DNA from: Myxococcales bacterium | GTDB lineage: Bacteria > Myxococcota_A > UBA9042 | Assembly: GCA_037441385.1 (NCBI GenBank) | Contig: JBBISH010000038.1 | Span: 1-47,574, forward strand | Direction: 5' to 3' | DNA length: 47,574 bases | Shown here: in pieces, positions 39,901 to 47,360 of the stretch | Layout: each line of letters starts with the position of its first letter | Position numbering within the stretch: position 1 is the first letter of the stretch | Program-made: the position numbers and the translations under genes | The notes under the pieces: generated by a model | Database searches by the model: none | Seen by the model: only the letters and a program-made list of their open reading frames with translations | What the model was told of the DNA's origin: nothing

Positions 39901-41868
39901 GCCAATCAGGTCCATCTTGTTGACCATCGCGTCGAAGCGATCGTCGTGCGAGCGCAGGGCCTGCAGCACCTGCCAGACCACGCGGTAGGTCTTGTTGTCG
40001 CTCAGGGCCTCCTCGGGCGACAGGTCGGCCGGGATCACCACCGGCAGCACGATGTAGCCACGCTGCTTGCCCGGCGCCTTGCGCATTACCCGACCCACCG
40101 ACTGCACCACGTCGATGGCCGAGTTGCGCGGCGTCAAGAACAGCACCGCGTCCAGCGCCGGCACGTCCACGCCTTCGGACAGGCAGCGGACGTTGCTCAA
40201 GATGCGGCAGGTCTCGGGGCCCGCGTCCTCTTTGAGCCAAGACAGCTTGGCTTCCTTCTCGCTGGCGTTCATGCCGCCGTCGACGTGCTTGACCTCGCAG
40301 GCCAGCTTGGCCGCCGCGCGCTCGTCGTCGGGGTTGCTCTCTTGGTAGGTGTCGATCACGTCGCCAAAGATGGTGGCGATGTGCTTCGAGCTCACCTTGT
40401 GGGTCTTGGCGCCGGTCTGGTACTCGATCACCTGGCAGAAGGCCACCGCCCGCCGCATCGGCTCCAGGTCGTCGGCCAGATCCTCGGCCGTGTCCTGCTT
40501 GCTCAGCGCCTTCCAACAGCCGACGATCTTGGCCGCATCCTCTACTTTGAGCTGGTTGTCGTCGTCCTTGAACAGCTTCTGCAGGCGCCGGCTGATGTGC
40601 CGCTCGTCCACCGCCAGCACCAGCACCTTGTAGTCCACCAGCAGATCGGCCTTGACCGCCTCCGAGAACGTCAAGACGAACAGCTCTTTGCCGTACAGCG
40701 CCGGGTCGTCCATCGAGCAGAGCGCCACGTTGTCCTTCTCGGCGGTAGCCTTGGCCGAGTCGGCAAAGATGCGCGGCGTCGCGGTCATATACAGACGCTT
40801 ACCGCCGCGAATCACGGCGCCGTCGTGCACCCGCACAAACGCGCTCTCTTCTTCGTCGTCAAAGGTCGCGCCTGTGGTGCGGTGGGCCTCGTCGCACACA
40901 ATCAGGTCGAACTCGGCCAGGCCGAACTGGTGCTGCGCGTCGGCGATCACCTGGATCGAGTGGTAGGTGCTGAACACCACGCTCATGTGCAGTTGGTCGT
41001 AGCGCTTGGCCATCTCGATCGCCAGCCGGTCGGCCTGGGTCGTCGCCGGATAGCGCAGCTCGTGCGTGTAGGTCTGGACGAGGTCGGCGTCCTTGTCGCG
41101 CTTGTTCCCCACGTCGCTGTCCGAGCACACGGCAAAGCTGTGCAGCGGCGTCTCGCTCTCTTGCGTCCACTCGGTCAGGGTCTGCGAGAGCAGCGACAGG
41201 CTGGGTACCAGGAACAGCACCCGGCCACCCGCGCCGGCCAGGCGCTCGGCCACCTTCAAGCTGGTAAAGGTCTTGCCCGTGCCGCAGGCCATGATCATCT
41301 TGCCGCGATCGGCCAGGGCCAAGCCCCGCTCCACCGCCGCCACCGCCCGCTGCTGGTGCGGCCGCAGCTGCTTCTTGGCCTTGATGACCGCCTCGTGGTT
41401 CCGCTGATAGCGCGACCAGTCGATCTGGCTGTTCTCCAGATCCAGCAGATCGATGCGGCTCACCGGGATCTGCTGACCCTGCAGGGCCGCCGCCGCGTTC
41501 GCCGACCAGTGATCGGTGGTCGCCACGATCATGCGATGCGCAAATGGCTTCTTGCCCGAGGCGGTAAAGAAGCTGTCGATGTCGCTCTTCTGCACAACGT
41601 GCTGCGGGTGGAAAAACTTACACTGAATCGCGTGGATCTCGCCCGTGCCCGCCGTCTTGGCCACCAAGTCGATCCCGACGTCGCGGCCGTCGATCCCCTG
41701 CAGGGCCGCCCACTGCGAATAGGTCCACACGTCGCTGTACAGGTCCTTGTAGGTCGCCTCGTTGCGCAGGTAGCAGACGATCAGCTCTTCGAAGTAGGTG
41801 CCCTTCTCGCGTTCAGTGACCGCGGCTTGGCGGAATTGCTCAAGAATGGCGTGCAGGGGCGAGGGCAT
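36967..41868 (-). CDS. Type ISP restriction-modification enzyme (LlaGI/LlaBIII-like: Mrr-type nuclease, SF2 helicase, N6-adenine MTase, TRD)
   Basis: GIDLV...IQCK nuclease; MACGTGKT, DEAH, TATP and QSVGRVMR helicase; LDPFTGTG and GNPPY MTase; YRPF and YVVNGKPALDW C-terminus. Confidence 0.93.
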   Translation of the reverse strand: MPSPLHAILEQFRQAAVTEREKGTYFEELIVCYLRNEATYKDLYSDVWTYSQWAALQGIDGRDVGIDLVAKTAGTGEIHAIQCKFFHPQHVVQKSDIDSFFTASGKKPFAHRMIVATTDHWSANAAAALQGQQIPVSRIDLLDLENSQIDWSRYQRNHEAVIKAKKQLRPHQQRAVAAVERGLALADRGKMIMACGTGKTFTSLKVAERLAGAGGRVLFLVPSLSLLSQTLTEWTQESETPLHSFAVCSDSDVGNKRDKDADLVQTYTHELRYPATTQADRLAIEMAKRYDQLHMSVVFSTYHSIQVIADAQHQFGLAEFDLIVCDEAHRTTGATFDDEEESAFVRVHDGAVIRGGKRLYMTATPRIFADSAKATAEKDNVALCSMDDPALYGKELFVLTFSEAVKADLLVDYKVLVLAVDERHISRRLQKLFKDDDNQLKVEDAAKIVGCWKALSKQDTAEDLADDLEPMRRAVAFCQVIEYQTGAKTHKVSSKHIATIFGDVIDTYQESNPDDERAAAKLACEVKHVDGGMNASEKEAKLSWLKEDAGPETCRILSNVRCLSEGVDVPALDAVLFLTPRNSAIDVVQSVGRVMRKAPGKQRGYIVLPVVIPADLSPEEALSDNKTYRVVWQVLQALRSHDDRFDAMVNKMDLIGPDISRMEIVAVSDAVQRKAKKPGKQDAGRGTGVIGAPAQKREATAHQVPLQFDIGDLERAIYAKVVQKCGNRRHWEDWAGDIARIAKTHITRIETILADPSNTAERAAFEEFATELRDDLNDSITDGEVIEMLAQHLITRPVFDSLFADYSFAQHNPISKAMQSVLEVLKEHRLDSEADTLQKFYDSVKMRAAGIDKAEGKQKIIVELYDKFFRNAFPRMTERLGIVYTPVEIVDFIIHSVDHVLRTEFGQSLGSEGVHVLDPFTGTGTFITRLMQSGLLSKEELERKYKAGEIHANEIVLLAYYIAAVNIEAAYHGIVGGEYTPFEGICLTDTFQMQEHEDLVAKMLVENSNRRTRQKGLKSIQVILGNPPYSIGQGDANDDNKNVPYPQLDQHISDTYQAASTATNSRGLYDSYVRAIRWASDRVGNSGVIAFVTNAGFLDATSADGMRKCLAREFTDIYVFHLRGNARTSGEQRRKEKDNVFGLGSRAPIAISVLVKNPTAATHGQIHFHDIGDYLTREQKLSRLSEFVHVGGIASAQGWQVVVPDAHGDWRGQRDQAFGEFMALYSKDAAGGSAMFEKVSSGVTTARDAWCVNFSHNRLGRNITQTVDFYNEQLAIDRDSPSRAAVQGPSNDPNRIAWSRGLRGAFGKGKVASFVQAGVRMSMYRPFTKEWLYLDRMWNEYVYSIPKYFPSPDCANLVLAVTGLGTPNGFSAIITNLPPEFQLQGNGQCMALYLYDQPDPTPTTPSAQPGLFDAPTQPTTPKRRDAITDAGLAHFQAAYPNDPISKEDLFYYIYGLLHSPEYRSRYADNLSKELPRIPRVPTYAAFAAFSAAGRRLADLHVHYESVPMYPHAIVDTRGKTLTDKEYRVEKMRYGKNGKDKELTTLEYNAHITVRNIPLAAYEYVVNGKPALDWVVERQCVKTDKDSGIVNDANDWAVETMGNPKYPLELFLRVVTVSLETMKIVAGLPGLGNG

Positions 41869-42097
41869 GGTGATCTCCGTGGGAACTGGCGCGAGCCCTT
41901 TGGGATGGATCACCCAATGCCCGCGGTGGCCCGCGTTGTACGCCACCGGCAAGGCCGGTTCAAGCATCCCCGCGCTATTGCTGCACCGCGCCCCGCTCGG
42001 ATCGCGAAAAAAACTTGCCCAATCCCAGCCCCCATGGCAATTCAACCCCAAGCGCATATCCCTCACTCACCCCTCCGCGCCCAAAGGAGACCCAGCT

Positions 42098-42844
42098 ATG
42101 TCGACCAAACCACTCGACCCCGCCAAGACCGTCCCGGCCCTCGCCGTGACTCCCGCGCAAGTCCTGAAATCTCCTTCTAAGTACCTGCCCAGCCTGGTCG
42201 CCATCTACCAAGGCATCGCCAAGGCCAACGCCGGCTTCTTGTTCCCGGCTGACCTGTCGGCGGCGCTGGTGCACGACCACATTGTCAATCACTTGGCCAG
42301 CGAAGCCGCCCACACCAGTGCCGGCCAGCAAGAGCGCACCGCGGTGGCGCAGCGCAACACCCTGTACAAGCAGGCCGAAGCGTTGTTGTCGCGGCTGGAG
42401 AGCCTGGTCAATGGCAATTTCCCGGCCGGCACTCCGCAGCGCGTCGACTTTTTTGTGCCTGGCGCCGCGCCCACGCTGCGCTCCGAGCGCCTGACCGCGA
42501 TGGTGGCCGGCATCAAGGCCCACAACCTGCAGCCGCTGCCCGCCGACTGGCCGCTGACCGCCATCGAGGCCCTCACCACCCAGACCGCGGATGCCGAGCA
42601 GGCCCGCGAGGCCGTGATTACGACCCGCAAGGGCGCCGCCACGGAGCGCGAACGCCTGGAACAGACCACCGCCAGCATGGCCCAGCGCCTGCGCAAGGTG
42701 ATTGAGGGCTACTACGGATCGAAAAGCCCCGAGCTCGTGCAGTTTGGCCTGCTCGCCAGGAAGATTGCGCGCGGCGGCGGGCGCAAGAAGAAGCCTGCGG
42801 CGCCGATTCTGCCGGCCGACGGGTCGAATCAGGCGCCGGAGTAG
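42098..42844 (+). CDS. Uncharacterised alpha-helical protein with internal two-fold repeat and basic C-terminal tail
   Basis: AAGGAG RBS; high-GC3 codon use; halves align by eye (AVAQRNTL...LVNGNFPAGTPQRVDF vs AATERERL...VIEGYYGSKSPELVQF); tail RKIARGGGRKKK. Confidence 0.85.
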   Translation: MSTKPLDPAKTVPALAVTPAQVLKSPSKYLPSLVAIYQGIAKANAGFLFPADLSAALVHDHIVNHLASEAAHTSAGQQERTAVAQRNTLYKQAEALLSRLESLVNGNFPAGTPQRVDFFVPGAAPTLRSERLTAMVAGIKAHNLQPLPADWPLTAIEALTTQTADAEQAREAVITTRKGAATERERLEQTTASMAQRLRKVIEGYYGSKSPELVQFGLLARKIARGGGRKKKPAAPILPADGSNQAPE

Positions 42845-43054
42845 GCGCTTGCGGCGCGGGTCGGGTCGATTTCGCCGCGCTCCGGCTCGATGCCGCTGCG
42901 GTCCAAGTCGAATTCCCACCGGTCCGCGTCGATTTCACACTTGACCAGGTCGATTGAAGTACAGGCCGAGTCGATTACAGTCCAGGTCGGATCGATTCCG
43001 CGCCGCGCCATCAAGATCCAGCCCGATGTCAGGAAGATAGCGCCGCAATCCGGA
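42845..43054 (+). repeat. Degenerate tandem array with exact 21-nt period (TCGATT-like core, variable 15-nt remainder)
   Basis: Cores at 42866, 42887, 42908, 42929, 42950, 42971 and 42992 (TCGAwk) and at 43013 and 43034 (AAGATm); a degenerate unit starts at 42845. Confidence 0.9.
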
Positions 43055-43118
43055 CCTTGTCCTGTGCTCCCGTCGCGCCGGCACCTTGGGTCAAAACCCC
43101 AAGCCCCAGAATAGCTTG

Positions 43119-43171
43119 CCCCTCGCCCAAAGCTTTGGGAGAGGGGCAGACGCGTAGCGTCGGGGTGAGGG
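43119..43171 (-). repeat. REP-like element, inverted copy of 29559-29609
   Basis: Reverse complement ccctcaccccgacgctacgcgtctgcccctctcccaaagctttgggcgagggg differs from the first copy by 2 substitutions and a 2-nt indel. Confidence 0.85.
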
Positions 43172-43189
43172 CCCCGACACTCCCGACCC

Positions 43190-43405
43190 CTAAGACGCCC
43201 CTTGCACCCACGCCCCCACCATCTGCACGGGCCTGCGGTCCACTTTGAACGCTGGGTTCCGCACATGCTGAAAATCCGCCGCCAACCAGCGCAAACGCAC
43301 AACCGGCGCGCAGCAGGAAACGTCGCAGACCTGCTCGCTGGCCTGCCGCAGGTCGCCGTCGCCGATGAAGCCGTCGACGCCGCCCAGGTCGAGGTTGCCG
43401 GCCGT
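43190..43405 (-). pseudogene. Degenerate C-terminal fragment of an OprB-family carbohydrate/Mn2+ porin
   Basis: LGGVDGFIGDGDLRQASEQ...WLAADFQHVRNPAFKVDRRPV matches the porin C-terminal pattern GG..F.GDG.L....E...D(Y/F)Q...NPA(Y/F)N.DRGPV; N-terminus absent. Confidence 0.6.
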
Positions 43406-43612
43406 CTGGGGTATCGTAGCTGTCCTGTGTGTCCTCGATCCATGCCACAGCCCTGTGGGCCCAGGCCTCCGGGCGCCCAAGCCCCAGTGCCGAAATCTCG
43501 GCAGCCCCCGCCGAAATGTCGGCACATGCTTCATCCGTTAATGTCCATGCAGATCCGCGCACCAGCACCGTTCGCGCCGGGCCAGCACCGCACGGCCCAC
43601 CTTGGCCCGCCG

Positions 43613-43660
43613 AAAAACCGGCAGCCGCCCGTCAGGTCGGGGGACCCGGCGGGCGGCTGC
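43613..43660 (-). terminator. Probable intrinsic terminator of the multiheme cytochrome gene
   Basis: Inverted repeat GCAGCCGCCCG/CGGGCGGCTGC followed on the minus strand by CGGTTTTT. Confidence 0.65.
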
Positions 43661-43699
43661 GGCGCCCGAACAGCTGGGCGCAGGTTCGCGGTCAGCGGC

Positions 43700-46234
43700 C
43701 TACAAGACGGGGAATTTGTGGCAGGCCGCGCCGCAGGCATTCGTGTACGGAATCGGCATCACCTTGCCAAGCGGACCCTTGGCCGCCGCGGGGTCGATGT
43801 TCTTGATCAGCGCCTTGGCGGGCACGTCAAAGATGTGGCTGGCGATGTCGTTTTGGTAGAAGCCCTTGGCGGCCGCGGTGCCGGCGCCCGACAGCGCGGT
43901 CTTGACCATGTGGCAGTCCTGGCAGGTGGCGCCCATCGCTGCGGCCATGGTGGTCTTGGCCTTGACGTGCGCGTCCAGTCCGGCCTGGCTGGCGTAGTCG
44001 GCGTGGCACTTGCCGCAGATGGCGGTGGTCGTGGGGTCTTCTTTCAGCTGCGCCACGTTCTTGGTGCTGTGGACGTTGTGGCAGTCGCTGCACACCAAGA
44101 GTTGTTTGCCGTTGCGGTAGTGGCTGCTCTTGATGAACTCGCTGTACTGCTGGTGGTGCTTGACCGAGTGCTTGCCGTCGCCCACGCTCGCGAAGGTGCC
44201 ATCGGTAGCTGCGGCCGCGAGCGCGTGGATCCCGTCGTCGATGGCAGACACGTTGTTCTTGAGCCAGTCGGCGCGGCGCGTGCCCGGGATCATCATGTTG
44301 CCGGCCGCGTCGAGCGGGGCCTCAGTCTTGCCGGCGCCGGCGCCCGCCACGCGGCTGTGGCACTGGCCGCAGATCATGTTCTCGCGGTCGGGCGACAGGT
44401 TTTGCGGGGTGACGATGTAGAGGCCCTTGCCCTGGTTGGCCATGTGGCGCGAGCCGGGGCCGTGACAGGTCTCGCAGCCCACGTTCAGCGCGTCGGCGGT
44501 GCCGTCTTTGTCAAAGTCGTACGATCCGCCGATGTCGGGCGTCAAGAAGGCCTTGTAGGTGTTGGTGACGGCGGCGGCCAGGGCGCTGACGCCCACGGCG
44601 TGGCAGCCCAAGCAGTTGTTGTCAAAGGCCTTGGTGTCCGACGGGCTCTTGGCGACCTTGTTGGCTTCGTCGTACCAGCGGTCGGTGTTGTAGCCGATGA
44701 TCTCGCGGCGATCGCTCGGGGTGGCGGCGCTGTTGTCGTGCACGCCCTGGTCGTTGATCTGAATGGGCAGGATCTGGCGGAAGCCGTTGATCTCGACCAC
44801 ATAGCGCTGCTTGTGGATGCCGCCGCCGTAGCTGAGCTGCACCGCATAGGTCGAGGGGGTCTGGTTGGCCTTCAGGTTCTCGACCGTGGCGGTCAGCTTG
44901 CCTTCGGGGGTCTTGCCCATGGTCAGCTTGAAGCTGGGGGTCTTGGCCGCGAGCCAGGCGGCATCGGGCTGGGCCTCGCCGGCCTTGACCAGGTAGGTGG
45001 CGTACGACGGCGGCGCGCCGGTGGGGTTGCCGGTGTAGTAGTAGATGGTCGTGGCGTTGTCGAAGTACTTCAGGCCGTTGTCAAAGGTCGGCCACAGCTT
45101 GGTGTCCAGCTTCTGCAGGCCGTCGTTCTTGCCGGGCTCGCGGATGCCCATGAAGTGCATGGTCGACTTCACGCTCACCTTGCTGTGGCACATGATGCAC
45201 ATGGTCGAGCCCACGTAGACCGCCGTGCCCACCGTCATCGACAGCTTGACGTCGACCCGCTTGCCGACGAGCAACGTGCCGGCATCTTTGGCGATGCGCG
45301 ACATGTCGCCGCCGGGCAGGTGGTTGGCGTCGGTGCTGGCCGGCAAGACGTACAGGTAATAGGTGCCGGCGGCCACGGCCTTGACGTCGTAGATGCCGTT
45401 CGCGTCCGTGACGGCGTTGGCATAGGTGGGCGCCGCAATTTGCGCGTCGATCAGGTCTTCCAGCGGCTCGTCGTTCTTGTCGGCGATGACGTCGGCCATC
45501 GCCAGTGTCTTGGGCGTCGCCGAGTCGACCACCAGCTTGACCTTGCTGATCGCCGTCGCCGGGACCAAGAAGACCTGGGCGCCGGCCACGGGGGCGTTGG
45601 CCGTGTCCGTCACGCGGCCGACCAAGCCGGTGGCGTCCAAAGCAATCGTGGGGTTATTCGGGTCTGGGGCCGGGTCGCCCTTGGCCCCCGTGTCGCCCTT
45701 GGCACCGGTGTCGCCCTTGGCGCCGTCCTTGACGGTGATGCTGCTGGTGCCGCAGGTAATAGTGAACGTGCCGTCCTTGTTGTCCACGGCTGCGCAGTTG
45801 GCTCCGTCTTTGCCGGCGGCGCCGTCCTTGCCGTCCGCGCCCGCCGCGCCGTCCTTGCCCGCGGCGCCGTCTTTGCCCGCCGCGCCATCGCTGCCCTTGG
45901 CGCCGTCTTTTAGGGTGACGCTTTCCGTGCCGCAGGTGACGGTGTAGGTGCCGTCTTTGTTGTCCAGGGCGGTGCAGGCCTTGGCCGGGTCGCCCTTGGC
46001 GCCGTTGCTCACCGTCACGGTCGTCTCGCCGCAGGTGATGGCAAAGGTGCCGTCCTTCTTGTCGACGACCGTGCAGCCGGTGCCCGTAGTCCCTTGCTTG
46101 CCGGCCGGGCCGACTTCGCCGGTGCAGCTGGCCAGCGCGCCGAGTGCCAGCACCGCCAGTGTGTGACCGACCGCGGCGCGCACGCCTCGGCCAACCGTGA
46201 GCTCAAAACCTTTCTGTTTCATCGTGTCTTCCAT
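43700..46234 (-). CDS. Multiheme c-type cytochrome lipoprotein with collagen-like stalk
   Basis: Lipobox LASC; GxY collagen repeats; seven CxxCH (CIMCH, CLGCH, CETCH, CGQCH, CSDCH, CGKCH, CQDCH) plus terminal CGAACH. Confidence 0.92.
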   Translation of the reverse strand: MEDTMKQKGFELTVGRGVRAAVGHTLAVLALGALASCTGEVGPAGKQGTTGTGCTVVDKKDGTFAITCGETTVTVSNGAKGDPAKACTALDNKDGTYTVTCGTESVTLKDGAKGSDGAAGKDGAAGKDGAAGADGKDGAAGKDGANCAAVDNKDGTFTITCGTSSITVKDGAKGDTGAKGDTGAKGDPAPDPNNPTIALDATGLVGRVTDTANAPVAGAQVFLVPATAISKVKLVVDSATPKTLAMADVIADKNDEPLEDLIDAQIAAPTYANAVTDANGIYDVKAVAAGTYYLYVLPASTDANHLPGGDMSRIAKDAGTLLVGKRVDVKLSMTVGTAVYVGSTMCIMCHSKVSVKSTMHFMGIREPGKNDGLQKLDTKLWPTFDNGLKYFDNATTIYYYTGNPTGAPPSYATYLVKAGEAQPDAAWLAAKTPSFKLTMGKTPEGKLTATVENLKANQTPSTYAVQLSYGGGIHKQRYVVEINGFRQILPIQINDQGVHDNSAATPSDRREIIGYNTDRWYDEANKVAKSPSDTKAFDNNCLGCHAVGVSALAAAVTNTYKAFLTPDIGGSYDFDKDGTADALNVGCETCHGPGSRHMANQGKGLYIVTPQNLSPDRENMICGQCHSRVAGAGAGKTEAPLDAAGNMMIPGTRRADWLKNNVSAIDDGIHALAAAATDGTFASVGDGKHSVKHHQQYSEFIKSSHYRNGKQLLVCSDCHNVHSTKNVAQLKEDPTTTAICGKCHADYASQAGLDAHVKAKTTMAAAMGATCQDCHMVKTALSGAGTAAAKGFYQNDIASHIFDVPAKALIKNIDPAAAKGPLGKVMPIPYTNACGAACHKFPVL

Positions 46235-46286
46235 TTCTCTCCCCTCGCTTGGTCAGCAGGGCGCCGCCTGGCGCGACCCCAAGTTG

Positions 46287-46302
46287 TGCAAGGTCCGGGC
46301 CG
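46287..46302 (-). promoter_or_regulatory. Putative sigma54 -24/-12 promoter for the multiheme cytochrome
   Basis: Minus strand CGGCCCGGACCTTGCA is GG-N10-GC with TTGCA, about 50 nt upstream of the start. Confidence 0.6.
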
Positions 46303-46333
46303 AAACCGGGCCAGGCCGACAAAGACGTGACGC

Positions 46334-47131
46334 GTGCTGCGCCGCCCGCTCGTCGACAATGCCGTGGCACAACGGGACCTGGCGGGCACGTTCCTTGCAA
46401 CATTGCGGGGCTGTTGGTGCCGGGCCAACCCGGTAAATGGTGCTGCGGTGAGCAATTCACAGAGATTTCGGCGTACGCGCTGGTATGGGCTAGTACGCCA
46501 ATTCTCAAGTTCTTTCAGGGTTGCCGTCGCTGGCGTACTAGGCGGCGCGAGCCGCGCGCGGGGGTCGCAGGGGGCGGGGGTCCAAGAGTGTGCGGCACGC
46601 CCCCTTTGCCTACTGAACAGGCTAGGACTACAAACCATTCGAAAGGCCCGTTCCCGAACGAACTTCGGGTTTGTAGTACTCGCCCTCGCGTGCGGGCTCG
46701 TTGGCGCCACCATTGGCTGCACAGCCCAACCGGCTCCGCCGCGCTACGGTCAGGCGATGCAAGAAATCGGCCGCCGGTTCGAGCTTCTGGGCCGCGCCGC
46801 TGCCGCAGGCCGCTACGAATTGGCGCGCTACGAGCTCGACGAGCTGAACGAAGTCGTCGAGAACGATCTACCGCGGGCCCACGCGCCGCAAATGGGCGAT
46901 GTGCAGGGGGCCGCCGCCAGTCTCCGCGCCATGCAGGTGGCGCTGGCCGAGTTGCAGGGCGACCTGAGCCATCCCCAAGCTGTGCAAGTTCGCGGGCGCT
47001 TCGCCCAGGCGGCCAAGGCCTGCAACGCCTGCCACGCCAGCTTGGCCCATGGCTTCATCCAGATTCCAGAAGAGTTGGGCGGGAGCGTCCCGCGCACGGA
47101 CGCGGGCTCGTTCGTTCGCGATGAACGTTGA
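46334..47131 (+). CDS. Cytochrome c'-like (class II) monoheme lipoprotein; true start probably around 46600-46670
   Basis: Hydrophobic stretch ending TIGC, helical body, C-terminal KACNACH; the 5' part of the ORF looks non-coding and the start codon is unresolved. Confidence 0.7.
   Translation: MLRRPLVDNAVAQRDLAGTFLATLRGCWCRANPVNGAAVSNSQRFRRTRWYGLVRQFSSSFRVAVAGVLGGASRARGSQGAGVQECAARPLCLLNRLGLQTIRKARSRTNFGFVVLALACGLVGATIGCTAQPAPPRYGQAMQEIGRRFELLGRAAAAGRYELARYELDELNEVVENDLPRAHAPQMGDVQGAAASLRAMQVALAELQGDLSHPQAVQVRGRFAQAAKACNACHASLAHGFIQIPEELGGSVPRTDAGSFVRDER
46384..46399 (+). promoter_or_regulatory. Putative sigma54 -24/-12 promoter, divergent
   Basis: GGGCACGTTCCTTGCA vs consensus TGGCACG-N4-TTGCW. 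Confidence 0.6.
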
Positions 47132-47203
47132 GCCCAGCGTGCGGGCTACTCTGCCTTGCCGGTGATCCACCGTTGTCGGCACTCCGCTTGAAGCCCCTTG
47201 GCG

Positions 47204-47325
47204 ACCCGGGGTTAAAACCCCGGGCTCGCACTCAAGAAACCGGCCTTCGCCGGTTGGCGCGACCCCAGGTCCCAGTCCGCGGAGGCGGACTTCTCGACGG
47301 CGAGCCCCAGGTTTCAACCTGGGGT
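47204..47325. repeat. REPIN-like element: two inverted REP-like palindromes flanking two hairpins
   Basis: ACCCGGGGTTAAAACCCCGGGCT and AGCCCCAGGTTTCAACCTGGGGT, with internal AACCGGC-CTTC-GCCGGTT and AGTCCGC-GGAG-GCGGACT. Confidence 0.75.
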
Positions 47326-47360
47326 CGCTCGGGCTGTCGGCAACCGGTACGGCGGGCGTC

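Noticed and set aside
39634..42180. 848-aa plus-strand ORF
   Set aside because: Antisense shadow of the Type ISP gene.
42845..43054. CRISPR array interpretation of the 21-nt repeats
   Set aside because: The conserved part is only about 6 nt and the unit 21 nt, far below CRISPR repeat-spacer sizes; there are no cas genes in the window.
43425..43450. Possible sigma54 promoter TGGCATGG on the minus strand
   Set aside because: Lacks the -12 GC at the required spacing.
43202..45913. 903-aa plus-strand ORF
   Set aside because: Antisense shadow of the multiheme cytochrome.
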